Assembly (NCBI GenBank): GCA_038230375.1
Contig: JBBRNJ010000011.1
Span: forward strand, 73,819-137,818
Direction of reading: 5' to 3'
Length of the DNA: 64,000 nucleotides
From: Polyangiales bacterium
GTDB taxonomy: Bacteria > Myxococcota_A > Polyangia > Polyangiales > Polyangiaceae
This document shows, piece after piece, positions 44,315 through 54,000 of this stretch. The first letter of the stretch is position 1; the number at the start of each line of letters is the position of its first letter. A program made the position numbers and the translations under genes. Below the pieces are notes generated by a model that saw nothing but the letters and a program-made list of their open reading frames with translations, was not told the origin of the DNA and did not search any database.

Positions 44315-46015
44315 GTGAATCGCGGCCTCGCCACATTGAGCTCCTTGCTCACCGTCATCTTCACTGCGGTCTTCCTCGTCATGCTCGCGGCTGGCGTCGC
44401 CTCCGCGAACGCGGCCGCCCCACCGGGGAGCGCGTCCGCAGGTGCAGCGGGTGCGTCCCCCTCGTCCAGCGCCGCGACTGCGGTCGCGCGGGCCGACGTC
44501 AAGATCCGCGACAAGGTCGTCATCACGCTGCGCGCGCCGCGTGGTGACAAGTCGGCGCTCGACCGCAGTCGCGCCGCCAACCAGGCGATCGAGACGCTGC
44601 TCGAGAAGCCGGACGAGATCGGCGACATCAAGGACGACGAGAGCGCGCCCGGCGCTGCGGTCATCTACGCTGGCAAGACGCCGATCCTCACCTTGACCGA
44701 GGACGACGTCGCCCCCTCCGGCGAGCCCAGCCTGCATGTGCTCTCCGCGAAGGCCACCGAGCGCTTCGAGGACGGCGTCCACAACGAGCAGAAGCGCTCG
44801 CGCATCGCCACCACTGTCTTCTCGCTATCACTCGTGGTCTTCAGTGGGCTCATCGCGTTCCTGCTGCTCGGTCGCGTGGGCGAGCTCGCGACGCGCATCC
44901 GCACGTTCCTGACCGACCACCCCGATCGCATCGGCGGCCTTCGCGTCGGCAACATCGAGGTACTGAGCGTCGCGGCCGTGCGCGGCGCGATCTCCGTCGC
45001 TGTGTCGATCTTCCACCGGATCTCGCAGGTGGCCATCGCTTACAGCTGGCTGATCTTCGGTCTCTCGCTCTTCGACTCGACGCGCGGCTACACGGAGCGG
45101 CTCGGCGGGCTGGTCCTCCAGCCGATCTCGGCGCTGGTGTCGCGCGTGGGCAGCGCTCTCCCGCTCCTGGTCATCGTCCTCGTTGCCACTGGCGTGGTGT
45201 TCGTGCTCATCCGGTTCGTGGGGCTCTTCATGGAGAGCGTGTCGCGCGGGGAGACCCGTGTGGCCTGGATGCCGTCCGACTTCGCGCGCCCCGTGAGCGC
45301 GATCATGCGCGTCGCGATCGTCGTCCTTGCGCTGCTCGTCGCCACGCCGCTGATCACGGGCTCCGATGATGGCGCGCTCTCCCGCGCCGGTCTCTTCGCG
45401 TTGTTCGCGCTCGGTCTCGCGAGTACGCCCGTGCTTGCTTCGGTGGCTGCGGGCGCGCTCGTCGTCTTCGGTCGCAAGCTCAAGCGAGGTGAGTACGTGG
45501 AGCTCGGACCGCGTGCCGGGCGCGTGATCGCCGTGTCCTTGATGGAGGTGCGCCTCCTCGAGCGCGAGGGCTCGGAGCTCCGCGTGCCGCACCTCATGTC
45601 GCTCTTCCAGCCCACACGCGTCGTGGGCAAGCTCCCGCTCACGCAGGTGGACCTCACGGTCCGTGGCACGCCGGAGACCGCGGCGCGCCGTGTGCTCGAC
45701 GCGGAGATCCGCCCCGTCGGAGCAAAGTCCCGCATCCAGCTCATCTCGATCGATGCAGAGAGCGCCAGCTATCGCGTCACCGCCGAGGAACCCTCGTCAG
45801 GCGCGCTGGAGGCCGCGATCCGCCGTGCCCTCGCGCGCATCGCATCCGGGCAGATCCCCGAGGACGACGGCCCCGCCCACATCTCGCTTCCATCGATCCC
45901 GCCGCCTCCCGTCTCGATCACCACGTCGCCTCAGTTCACGCCCGACTCCCCGCTGCCCACGCAGGCGAGCGTGGTGCCGCCCGTGAAGGAGAAGGACGGG
46001 GGCAAGAAGCCGTGA
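44315..46015 (+). CDS. MscS-family mechanosensitive channel with periplasmic N-terminal domain
   Basis: Several TM helices; ALGLASTPVLASVAAG, G.YVELG..GRV, LRVP. Confidence 0.8.
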   Translation: MNRGLATLSSLLTVIFTAVFLVMLAAGVASANAAAPPGSASAGAAGASPSSSAATAVARADVKIRDKVVITLRAPRGDKSALDRSRAANQAIETLLEKPDEIGDIKDDESAPGAAVIYAGKTPILTLTEDDVAPSGEPSLHVLSAKATERFEDGVHNEQKRSRIATTVFSLSLVVFSGLIAFLLLGRVGELATRIRTFLTDHPDRIGGLRVGNIEVLSVAAVRGAISVAVSIFHRISQVAIAYSWLIFGLSLFDSTRGYTERLGGLVLQPISALVSRVGSALPLLVIVLVATGVVFVLIRFVGLFMESVSRGETRVAWMPSDFARPVSAIMRVAIVVLALLVATPLITGSDDGALSRAGLFALFALGLASTPVLASVAAGALVVFGRKLKRGEYVELGPRAGRVIAVSLMEVRLLEREGSELRVPHLMSLFQPTRVVGKLPLTQVDLTVRGTPETAARRVLDAEIRPVGAKSRIQLISIDAESASYRVTAEEPSSGALEAAIRRALARIASGQIPEDDGPAHISLPSIPPPPVSITTSPQFTPDSPLPTQASVVPPVKEKDGGKKP

Positions 46016-47292
46016 GCTCGATCGTCCTCCTCATGGTGCTCCTGGCGCTCTCGGCCGTCGGGAGCTTCCTGGTCGGTGGCCGCGGCCGTGGAGTCGGCCT
46101 TCCGTCAGGTCTGGAGTTCGTCGCGCTCGGCTTCGCGGTAGGTCCGTCCGCGCTCGGCATGGTCGACCGCGCCATGATCGATCAGTTCGAGCCGATCCTG
46201 CAGGTCGCGCTCGCGTGGTTCACGTTCAACATCGGGCTCGACATCGGCTTCGTCGGCGAGCGGCGCGCACCGCTTCGCGTCATGGTGCTCGGTGCGGTGT
46301 CCGCGCTATTCACGGGCGCACTCGTGTTCGCGGCTGTATTTCCGCTCGCACGCCTCCTTCATATCGAGGACACGAGGAGCTGCCTCATCCTCGCCGGAGG
46401 CATCGGCGCCGCGTGCGCCGAGACCACCCGCCACGTCGTGCGCTGGGCCGAGGCCCGTCACGGCGCGAAAGGCAAGCTCACCGAGATCATCTCCGGCTTC
46501 GGCTCTTCCGACGACGTCGCGCCCATTCTGGCATCCGCGGTCTTCTTTGCCATGAGCGCCAGCGTCGGCTCGGCGGTCCACGTGTCGATCCCGATCGGCG
46601 GATTCATCGCAGCGACCGCGGTGCTTGGCCTCGTGCTCGGGGGCGTCGCCATCCTGCTGGTACGCAACACAGAGGGGCACGAGGTCTGGGCCGCGCTCAT
46701 CGGAACGCTGCTCCTGGGCTCCGGGATCGCCGCGCGCTTCGGCCTGTTGCCTACAGCCGTGACGTTCGTCATGGGCATCGCGCTTGGCTTCTCCAAGCAC
46801 CGCGGCGCCCTGCGCGTGCTGGTCCGCCCCACGGAGCGCGCCGTTGTCCTGCCCACGCTGCTCCTGGCCGGCACGCGGCTCGACCTACGGGTCGTCGCTG
46901 AGAACAAGCTCCTCATCGTGCTCGTCGTCGCGGCGATCGCGGCGCGCTTCGTCGGCAAGCTGGCGTCCGGCGGCATGATGCGCACCCTGTCGGAGCCCGC
47001 ACGCAGGACAAGCAACACCCTGGGGCTCGCGCTCGTCTCGTCCGGCGCGCTATCCATCGCGGTCGGTCTTTCGTTCGCCCTGCGCATGCCTGGCGTGATC
47101 GGTGACACGGTGCTCGTGGCTGCGGTGGCGTGCGCGCTTGTCGGTGAGATCGTCGGCCCGCGCAGCCTCCGCATCGCGCTCCTTCGCACGGGTGACATCG
47201 AGCCGCCGGTGGTATTCACCCCGCCGCCACCGCAGTCCGAAGAGAACCTTGGCTCGGATCCGCCCGAAGACTCCGAGGACGTTGTTCGATGA
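46012..47292 (+). CDS. Cation:proton antiporter-like membrane protein
   Basis: About 12 hydrophobic segments; ARFVGK, EIVGP; GTGA coupling. Confidence 0.7.
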   Translation: MSSIVLLMVLLALSAVGSFLVGGRGRGVGLPSGLEFVALGFAVGPSALGMVDRAMIDQFEPILQVALAWFTFNIGLDIGFVGERRAPLRVMVLGAVSALFTGALVFAAVFPLARLLHIEDTRSCLILAGGIGAACAETTRHVVRWAEARHGAKGKLTEIISGFGSSDDVAPILASAVFFAMSASVGSAVHVSIPIGGFIAATAVLGLVLGGVAILLVRNTEGHEVWAALIGTLLLGSGIAARFGLLPTAVTFVMGIALGFSKHRGALRVLVRPTERAVVLPTLLLAGTRLDLRVVAENKLLIVLVVAAIAARFVGKLASGGMMRTLSEPARRTSNTLGLALVSSGALSIAVGLSFALRMPGVIGDTVLVAAVACALVGEIVGPRSLRIALLRTGDIEPPVVFTPPPPQSEENLGSDPPEDSEDVVR

Positions 47293-48683
47293 GCGGCGCG
47301 CCGCACGGCAAGAAGCCGGGTCTGCTCTCCAGCGCCCTGTCGCTCGTGATCGTGTTCACGCTGCTCTTCGTCGCAAGCCGTCTCGCGCCCGAATACAGGG
47401 GTGACCTGGGCACCATTGCGGCCGTCGGGTTTCTCCTGCTCGGCGGCGCGCTCCTCGCAGAGGTGCTGGAGCCGCTGCGCATGCCGCACCTCACGGGCTA
47501 TCTGGTGTGCGGAATCCTGGCGGGGCCGCATCTCCTCCATCTGATCGATCACGAGTCCGTGCAGACCCTCTCCAAGGTCAACTCGCTGGCCCTCGCACTC
47601 ATCGCGCTCGCTGGTGGTGCGGAGCTGCGCCTGTCGATCTTGCGGGAGGGCGTGCGCACGCTGACGTGGGCGACCCTGGTGCAGACCGTCGGCGGCATCG
47701 TCCTCGTGGGTACGCTCTTCTTCGTGTTGAAGCCGATGCTCCCGTTTGCGAAGGACTTCGGGTTCTCACAGATGCTCGGCGTGTCGCTCCTCTGGGGAGT
47801 GCTCTCCACCACGCGCAGCCCGTCGGCCACCCTTGGCATCCTCTCGCAGACACGCGCGCAGGGGCCGCTGGCGCGCTACGCGCTCTCGTTCGTCATGACG
47901 TCGGATGTCGTGGTCGTGGTCAACCTCGCCGCCGCCTTCACGGTCGCCAGGCCGCTGCTCACACCGGGCGCGCAGTTCTCGCTCGCCGCGTTCACGGAGC
48001 TCGGGCACGACCTGCTCGGGAGCGTCGCGATCGGTACCACCGTCGGTCTCTTGCTCGCGGCGTACGTGAAGCTCGTCGGGAAGCAGCTCGTGGTCGTGCT
48101 GCTCGCGCTCGGTTTCGGCGCATGGGAGGTCCTGCAGTACCTGAACTTCGATCCGCTCCTCACGTTCATGGTGGCGGGGTTCGTCGTGCAGAACCTCTCC
48201 AAGCAGGGCGACAAGTTCCTGCACCAGATCGAGTGGACCGGCGGTCTCGTGTACGTCGTCTTCTTCGCGACCGCGGGTGCGCACCTGGACGTTCCGCTGT
48301 TGCGCAAGCTCTGGCCCGTCACGCTGATCCTCTGCGGTGCGCGCGCCCTGATCAGCTGGGGCCTCGGTCGCATGGCAAGCAGGCTCGCCAACGATCCTCC
48401 AAACGTGAAGAAATGGGGCTTTGCGCCGCTTATTTCTCAGGCCGGTCTGGCGCTGGGGTTTGGTGCGCTGGTGGAGAAGCAGTTCCCGGGTTTCGGTACC
48501 GAGTTCAGGGCGCTCGGTATTGCCGCCGTCGCTGTGAACGAGATGGTGGGCCCGATCATCTTCAAGCTCGCGGTCGACAGTTCGGGCGAGGCGCGGCCGC
48601 CCGTGCCCGCCCTCGCGGAGGATAGTGCCCATGGGGATCCGCCCGAGCCGCCTCGCGAAGAGCCTACCGCCTCTTCTTCATGA
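47289..48683 (+). CDS. Cation:proton antiporter (Na+/H+ exchanger, CPA2-like)
   Basis: P.LTGYL..GIL.GP, GAEL, SPSAT, FFATAGA, SQAGLALG, NEMVGP. Confidence 0.85.
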   Translation: MSGAPHGKKPGLLSSALSLVIVFTLLFVASRLAPEYRGDLGTIAAVGFLLLGGALLAEVLEPLRMPHLTGYLVCGILAGPHLLHLIDHESVQTLSKVNSLALALIALAGGAELRLSILREGVRTLTWATLVQTVGGIVLVGTLFFVLKPMLPFAKDFGFSQMLGVSLLWGVLSTTRSPSATLGILSQTRAQGPLARYALSFVMTSDVVVVVNLAAAFTVARPLLTPGAQFSLAAFTELGHDLLGSVAIGTTVGLLLAAYVKLVGKQLVVVLLALGFGAWEVLQYLNFDPLLTFMVAGFVVQNLSKQGDKFLHQIEWTGGLVYVVFFATAGAHLDVPLLRKLWPVTLILCGARALISWGLGRMASRLANDPPNVKKWGFAPLISQAGLALGFGALVEKQFPGFGTEFRALGIAAVAVNEMVGPIIFKLAVDSSGEARPPVPALAEDSAHGDPPEPPREEPTASSS

Positions 48684-51369
48684 GCACGAAGCGGACTGTC
48701 GGCTCGGTCTGGTCGCGTACGCGCGCGCACTGGGTCGCACGCTCCACATAGGCGCGGTACGTGCGCTCCGCGCCGTCAATGTCCTTCACGCGCGGCTCCA
48801 CGAACGACGTGAGGCGCGCGAGCTCCTTGGCCGAGCACGCGGTCGCAACCACGCGCGTGAGGTCGGGCCCCAGGTCCGCGGGCAGGCGCTTTCGCAGCTC
48901 TTCCCAGTGCAGAAGGACATAGTCGGTGGCGTGCGCCCGCGCCGTCCGCCGCGTGAGCGCCGACGCCAGCATGGAATAGAGTTCTTGCGACTTGATCTCT
49001 CCGGTGAGCGCGAGCCCGTACGCCTTGTCGAACAGTACGGGGTCGTCGATACCGCCGAGGCCACGCACCGCGATCTGGCGGTCCGAGGGATCCCTGGCCG
49101 CGTTCATCGCCTGGATCAGCTCGGCGTAACGCGGCTCCTTCGCCGTGCGCGCGGCGACCTCCACCGCTGCCTGCGCAAGGTCCGGATCCACGGCGCGGTG
49201 ATCCTTGAGCCACGCACGTGCGAGCGCGTCGAGCCGGGCCGACGCTGCCGGATCGTTCCCCAGCGTGACCTGCGCAATATCCGTGGCGCGCTTGCCCAGG
49301 ATGTCGTCCTCCGTGGGCTTCTTCTTCTTCGCGTACACGCGCGCGTGAGCATCCAGGCGCGCACGCACGTACGCCTCGAACGCGGGACGCGTGGCGTCGC
49401 TCACGGAGGTCTCCGAGAGGCCAGCGAGCACACCGATCACGGTCTGCACGACGTGGCGCTCGTGGTCCGAGTCGAACAGCGGCAGGAGCTCCAGGATCGC
49501 ATCGGCGGGCAGATCGCCCGAGCGCACCTGCGCGTACGCATTGGAAATGAGCTCGATGCGGCTCGCCGCGTCCAGGCCGCGCGCCTTCGCGAGCGCGAAG
49601 AGGCGGTCACGCGGGAGCGCATAGCGGTAGTAGCCGTGATCGCGGTTCGGGTTCACGAAGGTGATGCACCCTGGCTCCTCGCGCGTGACCGGCTTGCCGG
49701 GCCGGAGCTCTACGCAGGCCTCGGACTTGTCGGTCTGGTAGCAGATGGGCAGCGTCCACGTGGGCGGTGCGCGCCGCGGCTCTCCAAAGGCGATCCACTC
49801 CGACATCTCGAAGGTCAGCGTGGTCTTCACGCCCTTGTCGCAGACGGCCTGCGTGCGCACCAGCGGCACGCCCGCGCGATCCGTGAGCGGATCCAGGATC
49901 TGCGCGAGGCTCTTGCCGGAGCCGGCCTCGAGCGACGCAAGGAGATCGCGCGTGGTCGCGGTCTTGTACGCGAAGCGCGTGAGGTAGTCGCGCACGCCGC
50001 GCTGGAACGCGTCGCGACCGACGTACCCTTCGAGCATGGCAAGGATGGATGCGCCCTTCCTGTACGTGATGCTGTCGAACGCCTCCATGATCTCGTTCGT
50101 GTTGCGCGCGGGTTGTCGCACGGCGCGTGTGCTCGGCAGCGCGTCCAGGTCGAACGTGCTGTCCATCTCGAGCTCGGAGTCGAGGCGCGCACCAAACGCC
50201 GGGTAGGCGCGATCCGTGGCGAGGTCCTCCAGCCATGTGGCGAAGCCCTCGTTCAAGAACAGCTCGTCCCACCATGCGGCGGTCACGAGATTGCCAAACC
50301 ACTGATGCGCGACCTCGTGCGCGATGAGCTGCGCCATCCGTCGCTTCTGCCTTCGCGGCGCGCTGTCCGACACCAGCAGCGCGTCCTCGCGAAAGGTGAT
50401 GAGTCCGGCATTCTCCATTGCACCAGCGGCAAAATCGGGGACGGCGACCACGTCCAGCTTGTCGAACGGGTAGGGGACCTGCACGTACTCGCCCAGGGTC
50501 GCTGTGAGCTTGGCCGTCGCCTCCAGCGCGAGCCCCGCGAGGTCCTTTTTTCCCTTCACGGTGATCGCGCGAATGGGCACGGGTGACGTGGGGCCGTCGC
50601 GCACGTCGAAGTCGCCCACGGCGAAGGCGATCAGGTACGTGGGCAGCGGCTTCGTCGTGGCAAAGCGGTAGAGCGTGCCCTCCTTGTCGGTGACCTTGTC
50701 GACCTCGCGCGTATTCGCGACGGCCAGGAGGCCCCATGGGGTGCGAATGCTCACGTCGAATGGCGTCTTCCAGCCGGGCTCGTCGAAGCAAGGAAATGCG
50801 CGGCGCGCGGATGTCGCCTCGAACTGGGTGAACGCGTAGTAGTGGTCCTTCTCCTTCACGCGATAGAGCCCCGACAGCTCCTTGTCGAAGGGCGCGTCGT
50901 ACTCGATGATGAGCGTTGCGTTGCCCGGCGCGAGCGGCGCCTGGAATGCCAGGACGAGCTCCTCTTCGGCGTGGTCGCCGAACGCGGCGCGCGTGTGGCT
51001 GGTCCCGAACACCTCGCGACCCACGGTCAGGCCGGACACGCGCGTCACGTGCAAGTTGGCTCCGTGGAGCACCACGGCGCGCGTGAGGCGATCGAGCTTC
51101 ACGTCGATGCGCGCGGTGCCGCTGAACCGCTCGTCGCCAGGCACGATCTTCAAGGACAGCGTGTAGTGCTCCGGCGTCACGCCAGCGGGAAGCCTTCCGT
51201 CCTCGCGCTTCGGCGGATCGTCGGCGTCATCGGGCGGCGGCGGACCGGGGTCCAGCAGCGTGACGGACGCCGGGGTGGACGGGGTCTTCGAAGGCTCCTG
51301 CGCGTGCTCACCGCACCCGGGCGCAATGCACGCGACCAGGAACAGCAAGAAGACGAGCGCGCGCGGCAT
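48664..51369 (-). CDS. M1-family zinc aminopeptidase lipoprotein (ERAP1-like C-terminus)
   Basis: TQFE..ARRAFPCFDEP, GAMEN, HEVAHQWFGN...LNEGFATW, YRKG; ATG at 51369. Confidence 0.93.
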   Translation of the reverse strand: MPRALVFLLFLVACIAPGCGEHAQEPSKTPSTPASVTLLDPGPPPPDDADDPPKREDGRLPAGVTPEHYTLSLKIVPGDERFSGTARIDVKLDRLTRAVVLHGANLHVTRVSGLTVGREVFGTSHTRAAFGDHAEEELVLAFQAPLAPGNATLIIEYDAPFDKELSGLYRVKEKDHYYAFTQFEATSARRAFPCFDEPGWKTPFDVSIRTPWGLLAVANTREVDKVTDKEGTLYRFATTKPLPTYLIAFAVGDFDVRDGPTSPVPIRAITVKGKKDLAGLALEATAKLTATLGEYVQVPYPFDKLDVVAVPDFAAGAMENAGLITFREDALLVSDSAPRRQKRRMAQLIAHEVAHQWFGNLVTAAWWDELFLNEGFATWLEDLATDRAYPAFGARLDSELEMDSTFDLDALPSTRAVRQPARNTNEIMEAFDSITYRKGASILAMLEGYVGRDAFQRGVRDYLTRFAYKTATTRDLLASLEAGSGKSLAQILDPLTDRAGVPLVRTQAVCDKGVKTTLTFEMSEWIAFGEPRRAPPTWTLPICYQTDKSEACVELRPGKPVTREEPGCITFVNPNRDHGYYRYALPRDRLFALAKARGLDAASRIELISNAYAQVRSGDLPADAILELLPLFDSDHERHVVQTVIGVLAGLSETSVSDATRPAFEAYVRARLDAHARVYAKKKKPTEDDILGKRATDIAQVTLGNDPAASARLDALARAWLKDHRAVDPDLAQAAVEVAARTAKEPRYAELIQAMNAARDPSDRQIAVRGLGGIDDPVLFDKAYGLALTGEIKSQELYSMLASALTRRTARAHATDYVLLHWEELRKRLPADLGPDLTRVVATACSAKELARLTSFVEPRVKDIDGAERTYRAYVERATQCARVRDQTEPTVRFVLMKKRR

Positions 51370-51389
51370 GACCGCACGTTCGTAGCAGG

Positions 51390-51851
51390 TCAGCCCGCGC
51401 GGCGCATCGGCGCGGTGAAGAGGCGCGCGACCGACTGGGGGTCGACGCGGCGAACGGGAGCAGACTTGCGCGCCTCGGCCGCTTCCTTGCGCTCGTCGCG
51501 GTGCGACTTTGCGAGGGCGACGAACGCGGACGTGAACATGAAGGCGTCCTCGCCGGTGAGCTGCGGGCGCCAGAGCACGGCGGGCGCGCCGCGATGCGGG
51601 TAGAGGGACAGCACGAGAGAGCCGGTCTCGTCCTTGACCAACCATCCGAGAAGGCGAAGGCCCTCGACGCCGCGGCGCTGATCGAAGCTGCCCTTGCGCG
51701 TCACCGTGTAACAGATGCCGTCGAGGAACCTGTAGACCGTGTTCGCGGTCTCGAGGTGCGTCTCGGCGGAGAAGAACTGCGTGCCCAGGCGAAGCCAGGC
51801 GTCGCGGGATGAGCCTTCGAGCTCGGCGAGGAATCCTTTGCGTGCGTCCAT
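51390..51851 (-). CDS. Hypothetical protein
   Basis: Host-like codon usage; ETANTVYRF.DG.C motif; candidate sigma54 site upstream. Confidence 0.65.
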   Translation of the reverse strand: MDARKGFLAELEGSSRDAWLRLGTQFFSAETHLETANTVYRFLDGICYTVTRKGSFDQRRGVEGLRLLGWLVKDETGSLVLSLYPHRGAPAVLWRPQLTGEDAFMFTSAFVALAKSHRDERKEAAEARKSAPVRRVDPQSVARLFTAPMRRAG

Positions 51852-51868
51852 GTCGGGAATTCATAAAC

Positions 51869-51884
51869 GCACATGTCGTGCCGG
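51869..51884 (-). promoter_or_regulatory. Candidate sigma54 promoter
   Basis: Minus strand CCGGCACG-ACAT-GTGC with correct GG/GC spacing, 17 nt before ATG 51851. Confidence 0.5.
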
Positions 51885-52050
51885 GCGGCATGCGCCGGGA
51901 GCACCCCCGGAAATGCCGGCAAAACCGGGATGTTCGGCAATCGGTGTGCCCGGCGCGAGACAATGTAGGTGGGTCTATGTGGAGGGGATGATCCAGGGAA
52001 AAGAGTCTACAGGGGGCAGGGGGCGATGATGTAACGTCAGCGAACTTGTC

Positions 52051-53223
52051 ATGTCGCAAGCCCCGCCGAACCTGCCGTCGCGCCTCGCTCATCTCGCCAA
52101 GACGCTGGAGTCCCGCTTCCTCGGAAAAGACGAGACCATTCGCCTTCTTCTGATCGCGACGGTTGCCGGTGAGCACGCCGTCCTGATCGGCCCGCCGGGC
52201 ACTGCGAAGTCCGCGCTCATCCGGATGTTCGCGAAGCTTATCCAGGCCCGCTACTTCGAGTACCTCCTGACGCGCTTCACGGAGCCGAACGAGATCTTCG
52301 GTCCCGTCGACATCGCGGCGTTCCGCGAGGGCCGCTACCAGCGTCGCATCGAGGGCATGCTCCCGGAGGCGGAGATCGTCTTCCTGGACGAGGTCTTCAA
52401 GAGCAACTCCGCGATGCTCAACGCGCTCCTCACGCTCCTGAACGAGCGTCGCTACACCAGCGGCGGGACGGTGCTGAAGACACCGCTCCTCTCGTGCTTC
52501 GGTGCCTCGAACGAGGTGCCCGGCGACGAGAACCTCACCGCCATCTTCGACCGCTTCCTCTTGCGTATCCGCAGCGACAATCTGGACGCCTATCACTTCC
52601 AGGATCTCCTCCAGCGCGGAATCCAGCACGAGGTCATGGGGATGACCGACGCGCAGGTCCAGCCCGTGTGCTCCGCATCGGAGATCGCAGCCACGCACCG
52701 CGCGTTCGCCCAGCGCATGCGCTTCTCCGAGGAGTTCTTCAGCGCGTACAAGGGCCTCATCTTCCAGATCCGCGCCGAGGGCATCACCGTCAGCGACCGT
52801 CGCGTCGTGAAGCTCCTGAAGCTCTTCGCGGCCAGCGCGTTCCTGGACGGTCGGCCGTCGCCCGACCCGAGCGACTTCTTCGTGCTGAAGCACATCTGGA
52901 ACAACGAAGACCAGGCGGCGATCCTGGAGCAGATCATCACGCCCGTGCTCGAGGCGCACTTCCGCGACAACCCGAACGCACGACGCGTCGGTGCGGTGGG
53001 CGTGGGCATCGAGGCGCTGGCCGCGGAGATCGATCGCGTGCGTCAGGTCCTCACTGGCGGCGCAGGCCTCTCCGATGTGCAGCTCTTCAGCCAGCTGAAG
53101 GCGCTCAACGAGATCAAGGCGGCGCTATCGTCGTCGCAAGATCCGCGCTCGCGCGAGCTCGTGCAGCGAACGGACCAGCTGCTCGAGGCGGCCTTCCGCA
53201 GCGGTCGCTTCGCGCAGCTCTAG
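52051..53223 (+). CDS. MoxR-family AAA+ ATPase, RavA-like
   Basis: GPPGTAKS, FEYLLTRFTEPNEIFGP, FLDEVFKSNSA.LN.LL, ASNE, DRF. Confidence 0.88.
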   Translation: MSQAPPNLPSRLAHLAKTLESRFLGKDETIRLLLIATVAGEHAVLIGPPGTAKSALIRMFAKLIQARYFEYLLTRFTEPNEIFGPVDIAAFREGRYQRRIEGMLPEAEIVFLDEVFKSNSAMLNALLTLLNERRYTSGGTVLKTPLLSCFGASNEVPGDENLTAIFDRFLLRIRSDNLDAYHFQDLLQRGIQHEVMGMTDAQVQPVCSASEIAATHRAFAQRMRFSEEFFSAYKGLIFQIRAEGITVSDRRVVKLLKLFAASAFLDGRPSPDPSDFFVLKHIWNNEDQAAILEQIITPVLEAHFRDNPNARRVGAVGVGIEALAAEIDRVRQVLTGGAGLSDVQLFSQLKALNEIKAALSSSQDPRSRELVQRTDQLLEAAFRSGRFAQL

Positions 53224-53229
53224 TCCGTC

Positions 53230-53919
53230 ATGAAGCTCGTGGCGCTCGACACGTCGACCGAGCTCGGCTCGATCGCGCTGGTTCAAGATGGTCGCGTCCT
53301 CCTGTCGCGTGAAGCGCGCGTGTCGAATGCGCACGGCGAGTCATTGATGGTCCTGGTCGACGTGGCGTGCAGGGAGGCGGGCTTTCGTCCCCGCGACATA
53401 GACGTGTGGGCGTGCGGCGTGGGGCCCGGCTCGTTCACGGGGGTACGTGTGGCGGTGAGCACGGTGAAGGGCATCGCGTTCGCGACGGGCGCCAAGGTGG
53501 TCGCCGTCACGAGCCTGGACGCCGTCTCGTATGGCGCGCTCGACGCAGCGAACGTGCCTCCGGAAGAGCGTTGCTCCACCGTTGTTCTCGGAACGGGCGT
53601 GACGATGAAGGGGGAGATCTTCGTGCAAGCCGTCATCGATGGCGCGCTCGTGCGCGAGCCTGTTGCATGCAAACTGCACGCAATGCCGGACTGGCTCCTG
53701 GATGTGGCAGGCCCCGTTGCAAAGCTCATCGCGTGCGGAGAGGCCGCGAAGCTCGTGGACTTCACCGGCTTCACGGTCACGTTGCTGGCCGACCCCCCAC
53801 ACGACCTCCCACACGCCGAGGTGATCGCAAGGATCGCAGCAACGCGGACTCCGATCACCGCCGATCTCCTGGAGCCGCTCTATGCACGCCTCCCCGAGAT
53901 CAGCACCCCAAAACGCTGA
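53230..53919 (+). CDS. tsaB: tRNA threonylcarbamoyladenosine biosynthesis protein TsaB
   Basis: LVALDTST, H.ESL, GPGSFTGVRV, LEPLY.R. Confidence 0.92.
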   Translation: MKLVALDTSTELGSIALVQDGRVLLSREARVSNAHGESLMVLVDVACREAGFRPRDIDVWACGVGPGSFTGVRVAVSTVKGIAFATGAKVVAVTSLDAVSYGALDAANVPPEERCSTVVLGTGVTMKGEIFVQAVIDGALVREPVACKLHAMPDWLLDVAGPVAKLIACGEAAKLVDFTGFTVTLLADPPHDLPHAEVIARIAATRTPITADLLEPLYARLPEISTPKR

Positions 53920-53920
53920 C

Positions 53921-53961
53921 CAAAAAAGCAAACACCGCACAGGCCGGAGCGTGTGCGGTGT
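53921..53961 (-). terminator. Intrinsic terminator hairpin between convergent tsaB and PA14 genes
   Basis: ACACCGCACA/TGTGCGGTGT 10-bp stem; adjacent A-run gives a U-tract on the minus strand. Confidence 0.65.
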
Positions 53962-54000
53962 CTCTGATCGAGGCTGTTCGCTGCCTCGTTGGTCCTCGTG

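Noticed and set aside
48664..52959. 1431-aa ORF in the track (likewise the 1298-, 1070-, 677- and 654-aa extended ORFs)
   Set aside because: The N-terminal extensions overlap other genes; real starts with signal peptides or motifs lie downstream (51369, 35397, 58101, 30081, 3291).
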